Positions 19,033 to 27,837 of a stretch of DNA of 37,330 nt are shown here, in pieces. The notes beneath the pieces are model-generated. The model saw only the letters and a program-made list of their open reading frames with translations. It made no database searches and had not been told where the DNA came from. How positions within the stretch are numbered: position 1 is the first letter of the stretch; every line of letters begins with the position of its first letter. This stretch comes from a virus. Location: IMG/VR virus record IMGVR_UViG_3300045988_164629, positions 1-37,330 of that record, one strand, 5' to 3'. A program made the translations under genes and the position numbers.

Positions 19033-20158
19033 TGGCAATCTTGTTTATATAAATGACTTAGTAAGCGCATTTGATAACTGGCAAAGCGCATTAGGGATAT
19101 TTTTAGGGGCAAGTAATTACAAATTCATTGATATTAGTATGTCTAATGAGATGGATTCGGCTACTTTTACTTCTGGGACTACCCAGCTTATATTTAAAAC
19201 CTCTTCATCTCTACCGTCATTAGCTACAGGGACTATAATAATTGCGACCTGCAATAAAACATTTACTGTTACAGAACAAAATAGAGCGACTGTATATGTA
19301 TGGTTAAGTGATGTAGAACAACGTTCGTCAGAAACAGGGCAAGAATATACAGCTATAAAAAGAGCATTATTTAGCAATACTCAACCTACAGGAGTATCCG
19401 AAGTCGCTACAATCGACTTAACATGGGCTGTAGGTATGGACGGGTATTCATTCTATCACACGTACGATTGGCGGGCTAATCTGGTATTACCGTCAAGTAT
19501 AGGTTTATCAGACATAGCAAATGGGGCTGTAGGAACCCTAAAGATAGCCGACGGGGCAGTTACTTCAGAAAAGATAGCCGACGGGGCAGTTACTTCAGAA
19601 AAGATAGCCGACGGGACTATTTCAACACCAGATATTGCGAATAATGCGATAACTTCTGCTAAAATAGGGGACTATCAAGTGACAGAAAGAAATATTGGAT
19701 TAAGTTCTGTATCCACTGACGCATTACAAGATAATTCAGTGTCAAACGATAAGATTATAGATTACAGTGTTGATTCTACCAAAATAGCTGCATTAGCTGT
19801 CACAGATGATAAACTTAATCTGACTCCTTATTTCTTAGGCGGATATGCAATATACGCAAATTCATCCCAATTAGAGAGAACTGATAACGAGATAAATAAT
19901 ACAACATTATTTGAAACACCAAATATTCCTAATAGCGGTACATTTGGAGGCTCAAATAATCCACAAATGACTATAAATTTTACTGGAGCAAAAATACAAA
20001 CAGTAATAGTAAGCGCATATAATTTAAATGATAATAATGCCCAAATATTCCCTAAAGTTCAATATAATTATGGGGCTGGTACTGTTACAATTTTTGCAGA
20101 TAGTATATCAAAACCTTATAATGTTATATTTAATGTGATTGTATTTTTAACGAAATAA
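18995..20158 (+). CDS. Tail fibre protein with 10-aa tandem repeats
   Basis: Peptide repeats KIADGAVTSE x2.5, many short Asn/Ser/Thr-rich motifs, and a distal position in the tail module. Confidence 0.5.
   Translation: MLKDTILSYINDDGNLVYINDLVSAFDNWQSALGIFLGASNYKFIDISMSNEMDSATFTSGTTQLIFKTSSSLPSLATGTIIIATCNKTFTVTEQNRATVYVWLSDVEQRSSETGQEYTAIKRALFSNTQPTGVSEVATIDLTWAVGMDGYSFYHTYDWRANLVLPSSIGLSDIANGAVGTLKIADGAVTSEKIADGAVTSEKIADGTISTPDIANNAITSAKIGDYQVTERNIGLSSVSTDALQDNSVSNDKIIDYSVDSTKIAALAVTDDKLNLTPYFLGGYAIYANSSQLERTDNEINNTTLFETPNIPNSGTFGGSNNPQMTINFTGAKIQTVIVSAYNLNDNNAQIFPKVQYNYGAGTVTIFADSISKPYNVIFNVIVFLTK
19541..19615 (+). repeat. Perfect 30-bp tandem repeat x2.5 (aagatagccgacggggcagttacttcagaa)
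   Basis: Copies at 19541-19570 and 19571-19600; a partial copy at 19601-19615. Confidence 0.9.
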
Positions 20159-20162
20159 TATT

Positions 20163-20642
20163 ATGGAGAATCAGGCGGGGGGATTTCAAGGTTTTTTAGG
20201 AAGTTTATTTGCAGTAGTAATAAGCTATATAGCACCTATATATGATTATGTTATAATTATCGCTTATATATTCTTGATAAACTTTATAATAGGATTGATA
20301 GAAGATATCATTGTAAAACATAAAACGTTTAAATGCAAAAAGTTTTATTTCTGCTTATGTGAGATGTTAGTGTTTTATCTCTTAGTAGGGAGCGTTTATT
20401 TTATAGGTAATAAATTCCATAACAAAGCTATGGCATTACAATGTATCTCGGCTATTGTATCCATAGTTACCTATTTTTATTCATTAAACATATTGACAAA
20501 CATAAAATCATTGTTACCGAACAACAGGGCAATATCTTTTATTCATTATATAGTAAGTTTTGAGATAGTAAAGAAAATACCGTATTTTAAAGAGTTTGAA
20601 AGCCATGAAGCATCTGAATCAAATAGGGGAAAAGGGGCTTAA
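20163..20642 (+). CDS. Holin-like membrane protein
   Basis: 3-4 hydrophobic helices; immediately upstream of and overlapping the lysozyme gene. Confidence 0.4.
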   Translation: MENQAGGFQGFLGSLFAVVISYIAPIYDYVIIIAYIFLINFIIGLIEDIIVKHKTFKCKKFYFCLCEMLVFYLLVGSVYFIGNKFHNKAMALQCISAIVSIVTYFYSLNILTNIKSLLPNNRAISFIHYIVSFEIVKKIPYFKEFESHEASESNRGKGA

Positions 20643-21051
20643 CCTTATAAAGGAATTTGAGGGGTTAAGATTAGTTGCTTATAAGTGTCCTGCGGGAGTG
20701 TGGACAATAGGATATGGGCACACTTATAATGTCAAAGAAGGAGACATCATAACCGAGGCACAAGCAACTGAATTTCTAATGGAAGATATTTCTAATGCTG
20801 TTGATATAGTAGCAGGCTCTACTATGGACGTGGAATTAACTCAAAATCAATTTGACGCATTAATTTCTTTTACTTATAACGTTGGCGTAAAGAACTTTTC
20901 TGATTCTACTCTTTTACGTAAAGTGAAATTGAATCCGAATGACCCTACTATCGCTAATGAGTTTAAAAAATGGATACATGCGGGGAAAGAGGTTCTTTCA
21001 GGGCTTGTAAGGAGAAGGAAGGCAGAATCTGAATTATATTTTAGAAAATGA
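20596..21051 (+). CDS. Endolysin, GH24 phage lysozyme family
   Basis: Motif LIKEFEGLRLVAYKCPAGVWTIGYGHT, typical of T4/lambda-type lysozymes, including the catalytic Glu. Confidence 0.8.
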   Translation: MKAMKHLNQIGEKGLNLIKEFEGLRLVAYKCPAGVWTIGYGHTYNVKEGDIITEAQATEFLMEDISNAVDIVAGSTMDVELTQNQFDALISFTYNVGVKNFSDSTLLRKVKLNPNDPTIANEFKKWIHAGKEVLSGLVRRRKAESELYFRK

Positions 21052-21536
21052 AAAAATTTGGGGTGTTATTGGTTATTTCGCTCTTTCTGTCCTTTGCTTG
21101 TGGCTATGTCATAGGCAAACATGCCAATACACCCCAAATAGAGGCTCATACAGACACTTTCGTGATAACGAGGGTAGATACTATCATTGACACGCTTTTG
21201 ATTCCAAAATACATCAAAATAAAGGAGACTATCAGAGACACGTTGTATGTTCCTGAACTTTCTAAGCCGGCAGAAGTAGAAATACCGATATCAGAGTACT
21301 GTTTTAAAGATTCTACATATTCGATATGTATGTCAGGGTATCGTGTAGAGGCTAAAAAGATAGAAGTTTATTCACCGGTGAAGTATTTAACTGTAACGAA
21401 AACAGAGACGCATGTCAAAAAAGAAAAAAGCCACTTCAGCTTAGGATTGCAAGCAGGATTTGGCTATGCTATAGCCTGCAACAAGTTTTCTCCGTATTTT
21501 GGATTTGGGGCGCAATGGAATTTCTTAACATTTTAG
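21048..21536 (+). CDS. Lysis accessory protein, spanin-like (N-terminal signal/anchor, C-terminal FGFGAQWNFLTF)
   Basis: N-terminus MKKFGVLLVISLFLSFACG; last gene of the lysis cassette; C-terminus ends in an aromatic residue as in outer-membrane beta-signals. Confidence 0.3.
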   Translation: MKKFGVLLVISLFLSFACGYVIGKHANTPQIEAHTDTFVITRVDTIIDTLLIPKYIKIKETIRDTLYVPELSKPAEVEIPISEYCFKDSTYSICMSGYRVEAKKIEVYSPVKYLTVTKTETHVKKEKSHFSLGLQAGFGYAIACNKFSPYFGFGAQWNFLTF

Positions 21537-21576
21537 TGTGTTGGTAGTATAGAGGATATATTCTCTTACTATTAAA

Positions 21577-21608
21577 AAAGGCTGGTTCTCTTTTGAGTTC
21601 CAGCCTTT
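21577..21608. terminator. Bidirectional hairpin (9-bp stem aaaggctgg/ccagccttt) between the convergent late and early operons
   Basis: Perfect inverted repeat flanked by an A-run upstream and T/A downstream. On the minus strand it is followed by uuuuuaau. Confidence 0.4.
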
Positions 21609-21639
21609 AAAACATTATTTAATATGAAAAAAATTAGTG

Positions 21640-21845
21640 AGTACCTATTTTCACAAACGAGTACGGGCTACATATGAATAATAATAACACTATGCAAATA
21701 TATAAAATATCCCCAAATTTCACAACTTGGGGATATAGATTGCCATTTTACTTTTCCAAAATGCTGTACTTTGTTGATATGTACAAATATAAAAAATCCC
21801 GTCTATTTTCACAAACAAACGGGGTAAAAATATGAATAATAATGT
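21640..21845. repeat. Non-coding repeat region: two ~45-bp imperfect direct repeats, three TTTCACAAC motifs and an 8-bp-stem hairpin (21709-21735)
   Basis: ctattttcacaaac...atatgaataataat occurs at 21645-21687 and 21803-21843; atccccaa/ttggggat is an inverted repeat with tttcacaac in its loop. Confidence 0.6.
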
Positions 21846-22280
21846 TTAACTAAAACTAAGTTTGTCGGACTGTATTAAAAAGAATAAGTATTTATCTCTT
21901 ATTTTCCTTGTTATTTTAACCATTAAATCTGCCGTGGTATCGTCAAATTGGGCGAAGTTATCATTTATATAATCATATATCTTTTGCAATTCCGATATAG
22001 TATCCTTTATCATCATATCCAAAGAAGGGATAAATTTAATAGGCTCTATAAATGAAAATTTTAAATATTGCTCAAAATTATAAGGCGGTATACCTCCGGT
22101 TACCACAGTACTCTCTGCAATTTCGTCTACAAAATCAATTAGTTTTTCGTTTATTTCGTCAAAATACGGATGATAAGTCATAAAGTCGTGCCCTACCATA
22201 GTCCAGTGACGGGCTTTAATATTCTCAGCGCATATTTTTAATGACGCTTGTATAATATTTAAAATTTCCTCTGTTTCCAT
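21846..22280 (-). CDS. Dps/ferritin-like protein
   Basis: HWTMVGHDFMTYHPYFDEINEKLIDFVDEIAESTVVTGG and FDDTTADLM line up with Dps HWNV.G..F...H......LID..D..AER....GG and DDDTADIL. Confidence 0.6.
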   Translation of the reverse strand: METEEILNIIQASLKICAENIKARHWTMVGHDFMTYHPYFDEINEKLIDFVDEIAESTVVTGGIPPYNFEQYLKFSFIEPIKFIPSLDMMIKDTISELQKIYDYINDNFAQFDDTTADLMVKITRKIRDKYLFFLIQSDKLSFS

Positions 22281-22290
22281 GATTTATATT

Positions 22291-22593
22291 TTAAAAAGGA
22301 CAATCATCATTATTATTATTTCGACTATTATTGTTTTGTTGTGTCTCTGTTTTATTTGTTTTTATCTCAACTCCTTTACCGCAGAATATTTTAGGTTGAT
22401 TTGACAATCTTTCTTCTGCATTTTGATTTATGTAAACTGTAATGTCACTTCCGTAAGGGTCAGGCTGTTTACGTTTACATGCACATAGCTTAACAACATT
22501 GGCTTCATTCCCATTTTTCCGCAGGAAATTTTTTATTTTATCCGAGGGGATTTGGCTCAAATCTATTTCAATAACAATCATTTCCATACACAA
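22291..22593 (-). CDS. Hypothetical protein
   Basis: 100-aa ORF with an Asn-rich C-terminus. Confidence 0.35.
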   Translation of the reverse strand: MCMEMIVIEIDLSQIPSDKIKNFLRKNGNEANVVKLCACKRKQPDPYGSDITVYINQNAEERLSNQPKIFCGKGVEIKTNKTETQQNNNSRNNNNDDCPF

Positions 22594-22605
22594 ATATATT
22601 AAATT

Positions 22606-22959
22606 TTATAATTCAACGTATATTTCTCGTTCATTTTCTTGTTTATCAGAGTTGTATAAATCCGCTAACTCTTTTAAGTTATCAGGACTTATAATAAATA
22701 GACACCCCTTTTTGTTTTTTTCCTTTATAGCTACAAGAGGTATTTTCCCCTCTTTCTTGGCTTTTTTAGAAGTATCATCGAATAATCTCCATATTGAAAA
22801 TGATTCCCTTAGTTTACATTCTATATAAATATCAGGGTGCATAGAGTCAGAGTGTGTATTATGTCCTGAATTGCTACCGGAAAGTGGAACTCTTTTAGTC
22901 CCAAAAAGGGCTGCTACTGCCGCCTCAAATCTTTGCCATGTTCTTTTGCTTGTTGCCAT
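22606..22959 (-). CDS. Putative Holliday junction resolvase, Hjc-like PD-(D/E)xK nuclease
   Basis: Pattern E..VA.L.G.KRVPLSGS.......D.YIECK resembles archaeal Hjc/Hje. Confidence 0.35.
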   Translation of the reverse strand: MATSKRTWQRFEAAVAALFGTKRVPLSGSNSGHNTHSDSMHPDIYIECKLRESFSIWRLFDDTSKKAKKEGKIPLVAIKEKNKKGCLFIISPDNLKELADLYNSDKQENEREIYVEL

Positions 22960-22960
22960 G

Positions 22961-23575
22961 TTATTTTATTTTGAATAAATCTACTCTGTCACATAGAAAT
23001 ACAGTATCATTTCCAATATTTGTATTATCTATGATTTTTTGATAATGTTCTTTATGTTTAGATATATATCTTTGTGGACAAGGAATCCATTTATAGCCTC
23101 TGTAGTTTTTGAAACAGTCCACTATTGCAGGTTGAGGTCTATTGTTGGAATATATATGTTCCCATGAAGATTTTTTTATAAGTTGCCAAATAACATTTTC
23201 GTCATGACGGAAAATAGGTAATATATGTTTTATAAATAAATCGGTAAAATTGTAATCATTTATATGATTATTAAATGTATCATCATACACAAACCTAATA
23301 TAAATTGGTTCTGGTGCTATTTTTGCTGCAAGATAAGTTAAATTATAAACAGTAATCCTTAGCGATTCATAATATTCTACCAATCCATGACAATTTATAA
23401 ACATACCTAATTTTTTATCATATCTTATTCTGAAGTCAAAGTATCTTACTCCATGCTTGAACTGTTCATATATTGTCAACTTCTGGCATTTTGACGTAAA
23501 GTTAATCAGCTTCATCCACCATTTGCGTGGTTCCAGACATGTGTTTGCGTTGTGCGCTCCGAGTATCTTTTTCAT
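22961..23575 (-). CDS. PLC-like phosphodiesterase (PI-PLC X-domain-like) protein
   Basis: ILGAHNA and GVRYFDFRIRYDKKLGMFINCHG resemble the PI-PLC motifs IPGTHDS and ARIFDIRGR....VLHHG. Confidence 0.35.
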   Translation of the reverse strand: MKKILGAHNANTCLEPRKWWMKLINFTSKCQKLTIYEQFKHGVRYFDFRIRYDKKLGMFINCHGLVEYYESLRITVYNLTYLAAKIAPEPIYIRFVYDDTFNNHINDYNFTDLFIKHILPIFRHDENVIWQLIKKSSWEHIYSNNRPQPAIVDCFKNYRGYKWIPCPQRYISKHKEHYQKIIDNTNIGNDTVFLCDRVDLFKIK

Positions 23576-23808
23576 TTGCTTTTGTTTTTTAATATTAGTT
23601 CTTCTTCAAAAGGACAAAATTGGGATTTTTCCCAATATTCGTAGTATTTCCCAATTGGATGTTCTGGTTTATCAGAATTGACTACAGTTCCCTTTAAATA
23701 ATCACCATTTTCTAAGGCTATAATAATAATATTTAAATATGGATTAAACGCTAAAATAGGGAATTCTTCCCAAGAAATATCAGCTCGATTTACTCTTGTC
23801 TGTATCAT
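23572..23808 (-). CDS. Hypothetical protein
   Basis: 78-aa ORF in the early operon. Confidence 0.35.
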   Translation of the reverse strand: MIQTRVNRADISWEEFPILAFNPYLNIIIIALENGDYLKGTVVNSDKPEHPIGKYYEYWEKSQFCPFEEELILKNKSK

Positions 23809-23812
23809 TTTC

Positions 23813-24040
23813 TTATATTTTAATATCCAACATATTTTTAATTTCTTCTATCGTCTCTACTACATTCATCGCCTCGCCATTATCAATCGATACAATACTT
23901 CCAGTTTCAGAATGTAATACAAGTTTTATACTATCTACGTCTATTAGTACAGGGCAAGATGCCTTTGCTGAACATTTGTAATCATTAAAATAATAATGTA
24001 GTTCAATATACTTTTTCATACAATAATTATTTGTTGTCAA
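23813..24040 (-). CDS. Hypothetical protein
   Basis: 75-aa ORF. Confidence 0.35.
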   Translation of the reverse strand: MTTNNYCMKKYIELHYYFNDYKCSAKASCPVLIDVDSIKLVLHSETGSIVSIDNGEAMNVVETIEEIKNMLDIKI

Positions 24041-24353
24041 AAATATTTCCTTCTAATTCATAATCAGATAATCTCAATTCTTCACCTAAAGGAATTCTAC
24101 CTAAAGTCCGACTTCTGAGATATAATAAGCAAAAAGCACCTATTCTCTCATCAAATACCATTTCACACAAGAATACCAAATATCTTATTAAGTCGTGTTC
24201 ATAAATATCATTTCCTTCATGTCTCATTACGAATTGGCATACTGTTTCTGGTATTACTTTGTTATAGAATGTATCTCCGTTACCATCTCCAAATTGCCAG
24301 TATAGCCATTCACCAGTATTTACGTCTTTGCCTCTAAATTTAATCGGTCTCAT
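24027..24353 (-). CDS. YopX family protein
   Basis: Starts MRPIKFRGKD and ends LEGNIFDNK, the hallmark ends of YopX (PF09643). Confidence 0.55.
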   Translation of the reverse strand: MRPIKFRGKDVNTGEWLYWQFGDGNGDTFYNKVIPETVCQFVMRHEGNDIYEHDLIRYLVFLCEMVFDERIGAFCLLYLRSRTLGRIPLGEELRLSDYELEGNIFDNK

Positions 24354-24354
24354 G

Positions 24355-24972
24355 TTATTTTATCAATTTGAATTCATAACCAAATACATATAGGTTTTCC
24401 TCCCATGTACCATTGACGTAGACTTTATCTATGAGAGATGCAAAGGCTTGTCGAGGCTCATTAAAAATAAATTTCTTATTATTATATTCGTACCAATACC
24501 AAGGGAAATCTCTTGTTGCTTCGTTTATCCCCTCTTTTAAACAATCTTCATCTGATATATCTTGCAACTTTTGTATAAAAATATCGGTAATTTGTATTTG
24601 GTGAGGCATTAGTTCAGGTTTTACGAACATTTTATTAAGCCAACCTGCACCAGACGGGAACATACGAGGGTCACATTCATCATTATAAAATGAATGATAA
24701 CACTGTGCTACAGCTACAATTTCACCAATTCGGTATTTAGGGATGTTCCACCCAGTGAAATTGCCTTCCTTATCTCTCCATCCAAACGCTCCGTCTAATT
24801 TAGATGTTATATTACCGTCATTATCATACTCTTCTGGCTCAAAAACTGGAAATACAATTTCATAATTTTCATTTGGTCTGTCATACTTACATATACTTCT
24901 CATCATAGTCTTTTTGCCAGTCAGGACTGCTTCAGTCAATCCAAAATTGTCATTAAAAAATCCCCTTTTCAT
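24355..24972 (-). CDS. ASCH/PUA-like domain protein (putative)
   Basis: LTEAVLTGKKTMMRSI...YRIGEIVAV fits the ASCH N-terminal pattern. Confidence 0.3.
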   Translation of the reverse strand: MKRGFFNDNFGLTEAVLTGKKTMMRSICKYDRPNENYEIVFPVFEPEEYDNDGNITSKLDGAFGWRDKEGNFTGWNIPKYRIGEIVAVAQCYHSFYNDECDPRMFPSGAGWLNKMFVKPELMPHQIQITDIFIQKLQDISDEDCLKEGINEATRDFPWYWYEYNNKKFIFNEPRQAFASLIDKVYVNGTWEENLYVFGYEFKLIK

Positions 24973-25292
24973 AAATCGTATTTTATAGAGTTATTTTCAA
25001 TCCAAACTTCAGAAGCGTTTATCTTTTGCATTATGGCATCATGATAAACTTGATTTTCTTTGGATATTTTATTAAATTCATATTTGAGTTTGTTTAACTC
25101 ACTTTCTAACCGTAAAGCCTTTTGAAAGGATGATTCAGATTGTCTTCCCATAAATCTTGTTATCTCCATTTCTCTCATTGCGTCCAAATGGTCTATAAAG
25201 TCACTTGTTACTTTTTCTATTATTTCTATTGTCGCAGTAATCCCATGCTCTTGAAATATTTCCGCCATAGCGTCAACATCTTCAGCTCTCAT
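24969..25292 (-). CDS. Hypothetical coiled-coil protein
   Basis: 107-aa ORF. Confidence 0.35.
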   Translation of the reverse strand: MRAEDVDAMAEIFQEHGITATIEIIEKVTSDFIDHLDAMREMEITRFMGRQSESSFQKALRLESELNKLKYEFNKISKENQVYHDAIMQKINASEVWIENNSIKYDL

Positions 25293-25310
25293 AATTAATA
25301 TCTTTTATTT

Positions 25311-25766
25311 TTAAATTCCACATAATAAGAAAATAGTTATCATAGATATTATTACAGCATAAGATAATAAGTATGTATTTTTAATCTTTAAGAGTTTGAG
25401 TCTTTCTTCTAAATTAACCACCCGTTTACTTAGTCCGATGCAATTCTTTTCAGTAATATTTTTATCCCTTAATTTTTTTGTGTATAGTCTAAAATTTTCG
25501 TCCATCCATTCTTTTATTTTTGGTTCAATATCATTTAATGCATTATAAATATCTTCTTTTTCTCCACCTCTGATAAATCCAATAGGAGCTGTGAAGTTTT
25601 TTGAATTGGGATATTCGTTAAACTCAATTCTTACAAGAACTCCATTTTCTTTCATAAAAATGCGTTCAGCTTGTTTTTTAATTTCTTCATCTGTCATTCT
25701 TGCTTTTTCTACCAGTTCGTCATAATAAAATCTATCTATTATGACTACATTTTCTATTTCTGCCAT
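25311..25766 (-). CDS. Hypothetical protein with C-terminal transmembrane anchor
   Basis: 151 aa with hydrophobic C-terminus YLLSYAVIISMITIFLLCGI. Confidence 0.4.
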   Translation of the reverse strand: MAEIENVVIIDRFYYDELVEKARMTDEEIKKQAERIFMKENGVLVRIEFNEYPNSKNFTAPIGFIRGGEKEDIYNALNDIEPKIKEWMDENFRLYTKKLRDKNITEKNCIGLSKRVVNLEERLKLLKIKNTYLLSYAVIISMITIFLLCGI

Positions 25767-25904
25767 GTCTATTTATTTTTAAATTTTGCACAATACGGTC
25801 TAATTCCTACAGAACGATATATATTTAAGACACTGCAAAACACCATGAAGTCTTTTGCTTCTCCAGCATTCATACAGTTTCTACAGTCGCACGATTTAGG
25901 AATT

Positions 25905-26117
25905 TCATTCTTTTTCATTTAGTTCTCTGATTTTCTCACAATGTATTTTGTAGGCATAAGCGAACATTTTTAAAGTTATTTCATCAAAGTAAAAATCTCC
26001 TTGAAATCCCCCTTTGGTGACAACGCTAACTGCTAATCCATTATCTACAAAGTTGAGATGTATACTACTGTTATCTGTCCCTCTCATTGAGAGGATTTGA
26101 GTTTGGTCATATTCCAT
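25905..26117 (-). CDS. Hypothetical protein
   Basis: 70-aa ORF. Confidence 0.3.
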   Translation of the reverse strand: MEYDQTQILSMRGTDNSSIHLNFVDNGLAVSVVTKGGFQGDFYFDEITLKMFAYAYKIHCEKIRELNEKE

Positions 26118-26120
26118 AAT

Positions 26121-26342
26121 TCAGTCCTCCAAGTCAGGTATTGGCATCCATAAATCGTTTTCATTTACAGAACAATCAAAAAACATTCCGTCGTCTTCTA
26201 CCCATATCTTATCTCTCTTTCTGTAAAACATTATCCTTGGGCTATAATTATAATTTTTGAGTCTTACTAAAACTTCTTCTCCTTCTGAAGGAAGTTGTTC
26301 ACCAACTCTAATCCAAGGTAATTTTCCTTCTTCCGTTTCCAT
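26121..26342 (-). CDS. DUF551-like protein
   Basis: WIRVGEQLPSEGEEVLV resembles the DUF551 N-terminal motif. Confidence 0.35.
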   Translation of the reverse strand: METEEGKLPWIRVGEQLPSEGEEVLVRLKNYNYSPRIMFYRKRDKIWVEDDGMFFDCSVNENDLWMPIPDLED

Positions 26343-26359
26343 ATCTATTTTTTTATTAA

Positions 26360-26692
26360 TCAGTCATTGAAATTACTAAAATCAGGTTCTTCATGATATA
26401 TCTCTACATTTAGCTTTGGCTTCCTCTTTTTGATATAAGGCTCCATATAAGGTTTTATATCCAGAAAATCCCCAAATTCCACGAGAATATTCTGCAATAT
26501 GAGTTCATTACAAACTTTGTTTACATCAAAATGTGCCGCGAGGATATTCCACGCTTCTCCTTTGCTCATGCTCGGATTAAGTTTAGATGCAGTCTTCCAA
26601 TCCTTAATACCAAGTTTTGCATTTTTCAACATATTAAACACATCATCATTCTTTATAATTTTAGATAAATTCCTTGCTGTCGACTTATTCAT
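26360..26692 (-). CDS. Hypothetical protein
   Basis: 110-aa ORF. Confidence 0.35.
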   Translation of the reverse strand: MNKSTARNLSKIIKNDDVFNMLKNAKLGIKDWKTASKLNPSMSKGEAWNILAAHFDVNKVCNELILQNILVEFGDFLDIKPYMEPYIKKRKPKLNVEIYHEEPDFSNFND

Positions 26693-26925
26693 ACTTTTTG
26701 TAGTTTTTCAATTATTTTATTTTGGTATTCCACTAACTCCTCAAGTTCTTTTATCTCGTTCTTTAAAGCTTTTAAAGCTTCATTGTATTTCTCTTTCTCG
26801 AATTCCGCAAAAGAGTAGCTCTTACATGTACAATCCTCTATATTCCCAGAAACAGCAACCGCCATACATTCAGGAATCAATATCTTCTCTCCCTTTATTT
26901 CGGTATATATGTAATGGCACTTCAT
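26689..26925 (-). CDS. Hypothetical coiled-coil protein
   Basis: 78-aa ORF. Confidence 0.3.
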   Translation of the reverse strand: MKCHYIYTEIKGEKILIPECMAVAVSGNIEDCTCKSYSFAEFEKEKYNEALKALKNEIKELEELVEYQNKIIEKLQKV

Positions 26926-27164
26926 AAATTATCTATATTTTTACTGTGTATTAAATTGTATTTTTCTCTGAATTTCAGGTATAATTTTTCTTGTTTTGCA
27001 GTAAACGGCATAAAAGAATGATTCAACCATCGACATATATAATATACTTTGTCATTTTGATAGTCCTTATTATCCGAGGTAATTATCCAGTCGATTTTGG
27101 CTCCATTTTGTTTTGCTTTTTCTCTTGCATTTATGAAACAATCAATAAGTTTAGGGTATCTCAT
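26922..27164 (-). pseudogene. C-terminal portion of the PAPS-reductase-like gene, separated from the N-terminal part by a frameshift at the A8 run
   Basis: The +1 frame past the A8 run (27221-27228) is open and joins this ORF: MKK/RVGCIVCQKANL...MRYPKLIDCF. Confidence 0.45.
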
Positions 27165-27180
27165 CAGTCCGATATAGTTG

Positions 27181-27837
27181 CTATTTAGGTTTGCTTTTTG
27201 ACATACTATACATCCGACTCTTTTTTTTCATCTTGTACTCTGGATTTATTGGAAGATTATATTTATGTATGTAATCCCAAATATCAGAGTCCGTCCAATC
27301 GATTATCGGTTTTAGTTGTATAATACTTGCAGTTCCTACGGATTGACAATATTCCTCAAAATAATCATCTATAAGGTTCTTATTCTTTTTTAGTAGTGTT
27401 TTGTTCTTTATTTCAAATGCAGTTCGTTCTCTCCTTTTTAAACTTTCATATTTTCTAACTCCGACGATTGAACATTCATCTACATATTTTCTGTTGTGTT
27501 TGTAATCAGTACAACAATACGCTGTTTGAACATCCGGTAATAGTCCCCCATGATTCCGCCAAATATTTTCAATAAATCCGTATTTATAGTCTCTACGCCT
27601 TATCACATCTGGATAATTTTCTTTGATAAACTTTAAAGTGATATTGCTTTCAAAAGAGTGGTTGAAGTAAGATTTGAATTCAATCCCGCTTCGTTTGCAG
27701 AGGTCATAGCATACCTGACTGTCTTTCCCTCCTGAGAATCCTAATCTTACTTCAAATTCCATGGCCTTTGCAATTTTTGAGAACTTCTGTATTCTCTCTA
27801 TTGCCGTTTGCTCTATTTCTTCTGCAAATAAGTTCAT
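27181..27837 (-). CDS. PAPS reductase-like PP-loop ATPase family protein (DndC-like), N-terminal part
   Basis: PP-loop motif GFSGGKDSQV and a CC pair in YCCTDYK. The ORF ends 14 codons after the A8 run. Confidence 0.6.
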   Translation of the reverse strand: MNLFAEEIEQTAIERIQKFSKIAKAMEFEVRLGFSGGKDSQVCYDLCKRSGIEFKSYFNHSFESNITLKFIKENYPDVIRRRDYKYGFIENIWRNHGGLLPDVQTAYCCTDYKHNRKYVDECSIVGVRKYESLKRRERTAFEIKNKTLLKKNKNLIDDYFEEYCQSVGTASIIQLKPIIDWTDSDIWDYIHKYNLPINPEYKMKKKSRMYSMSKSKPK

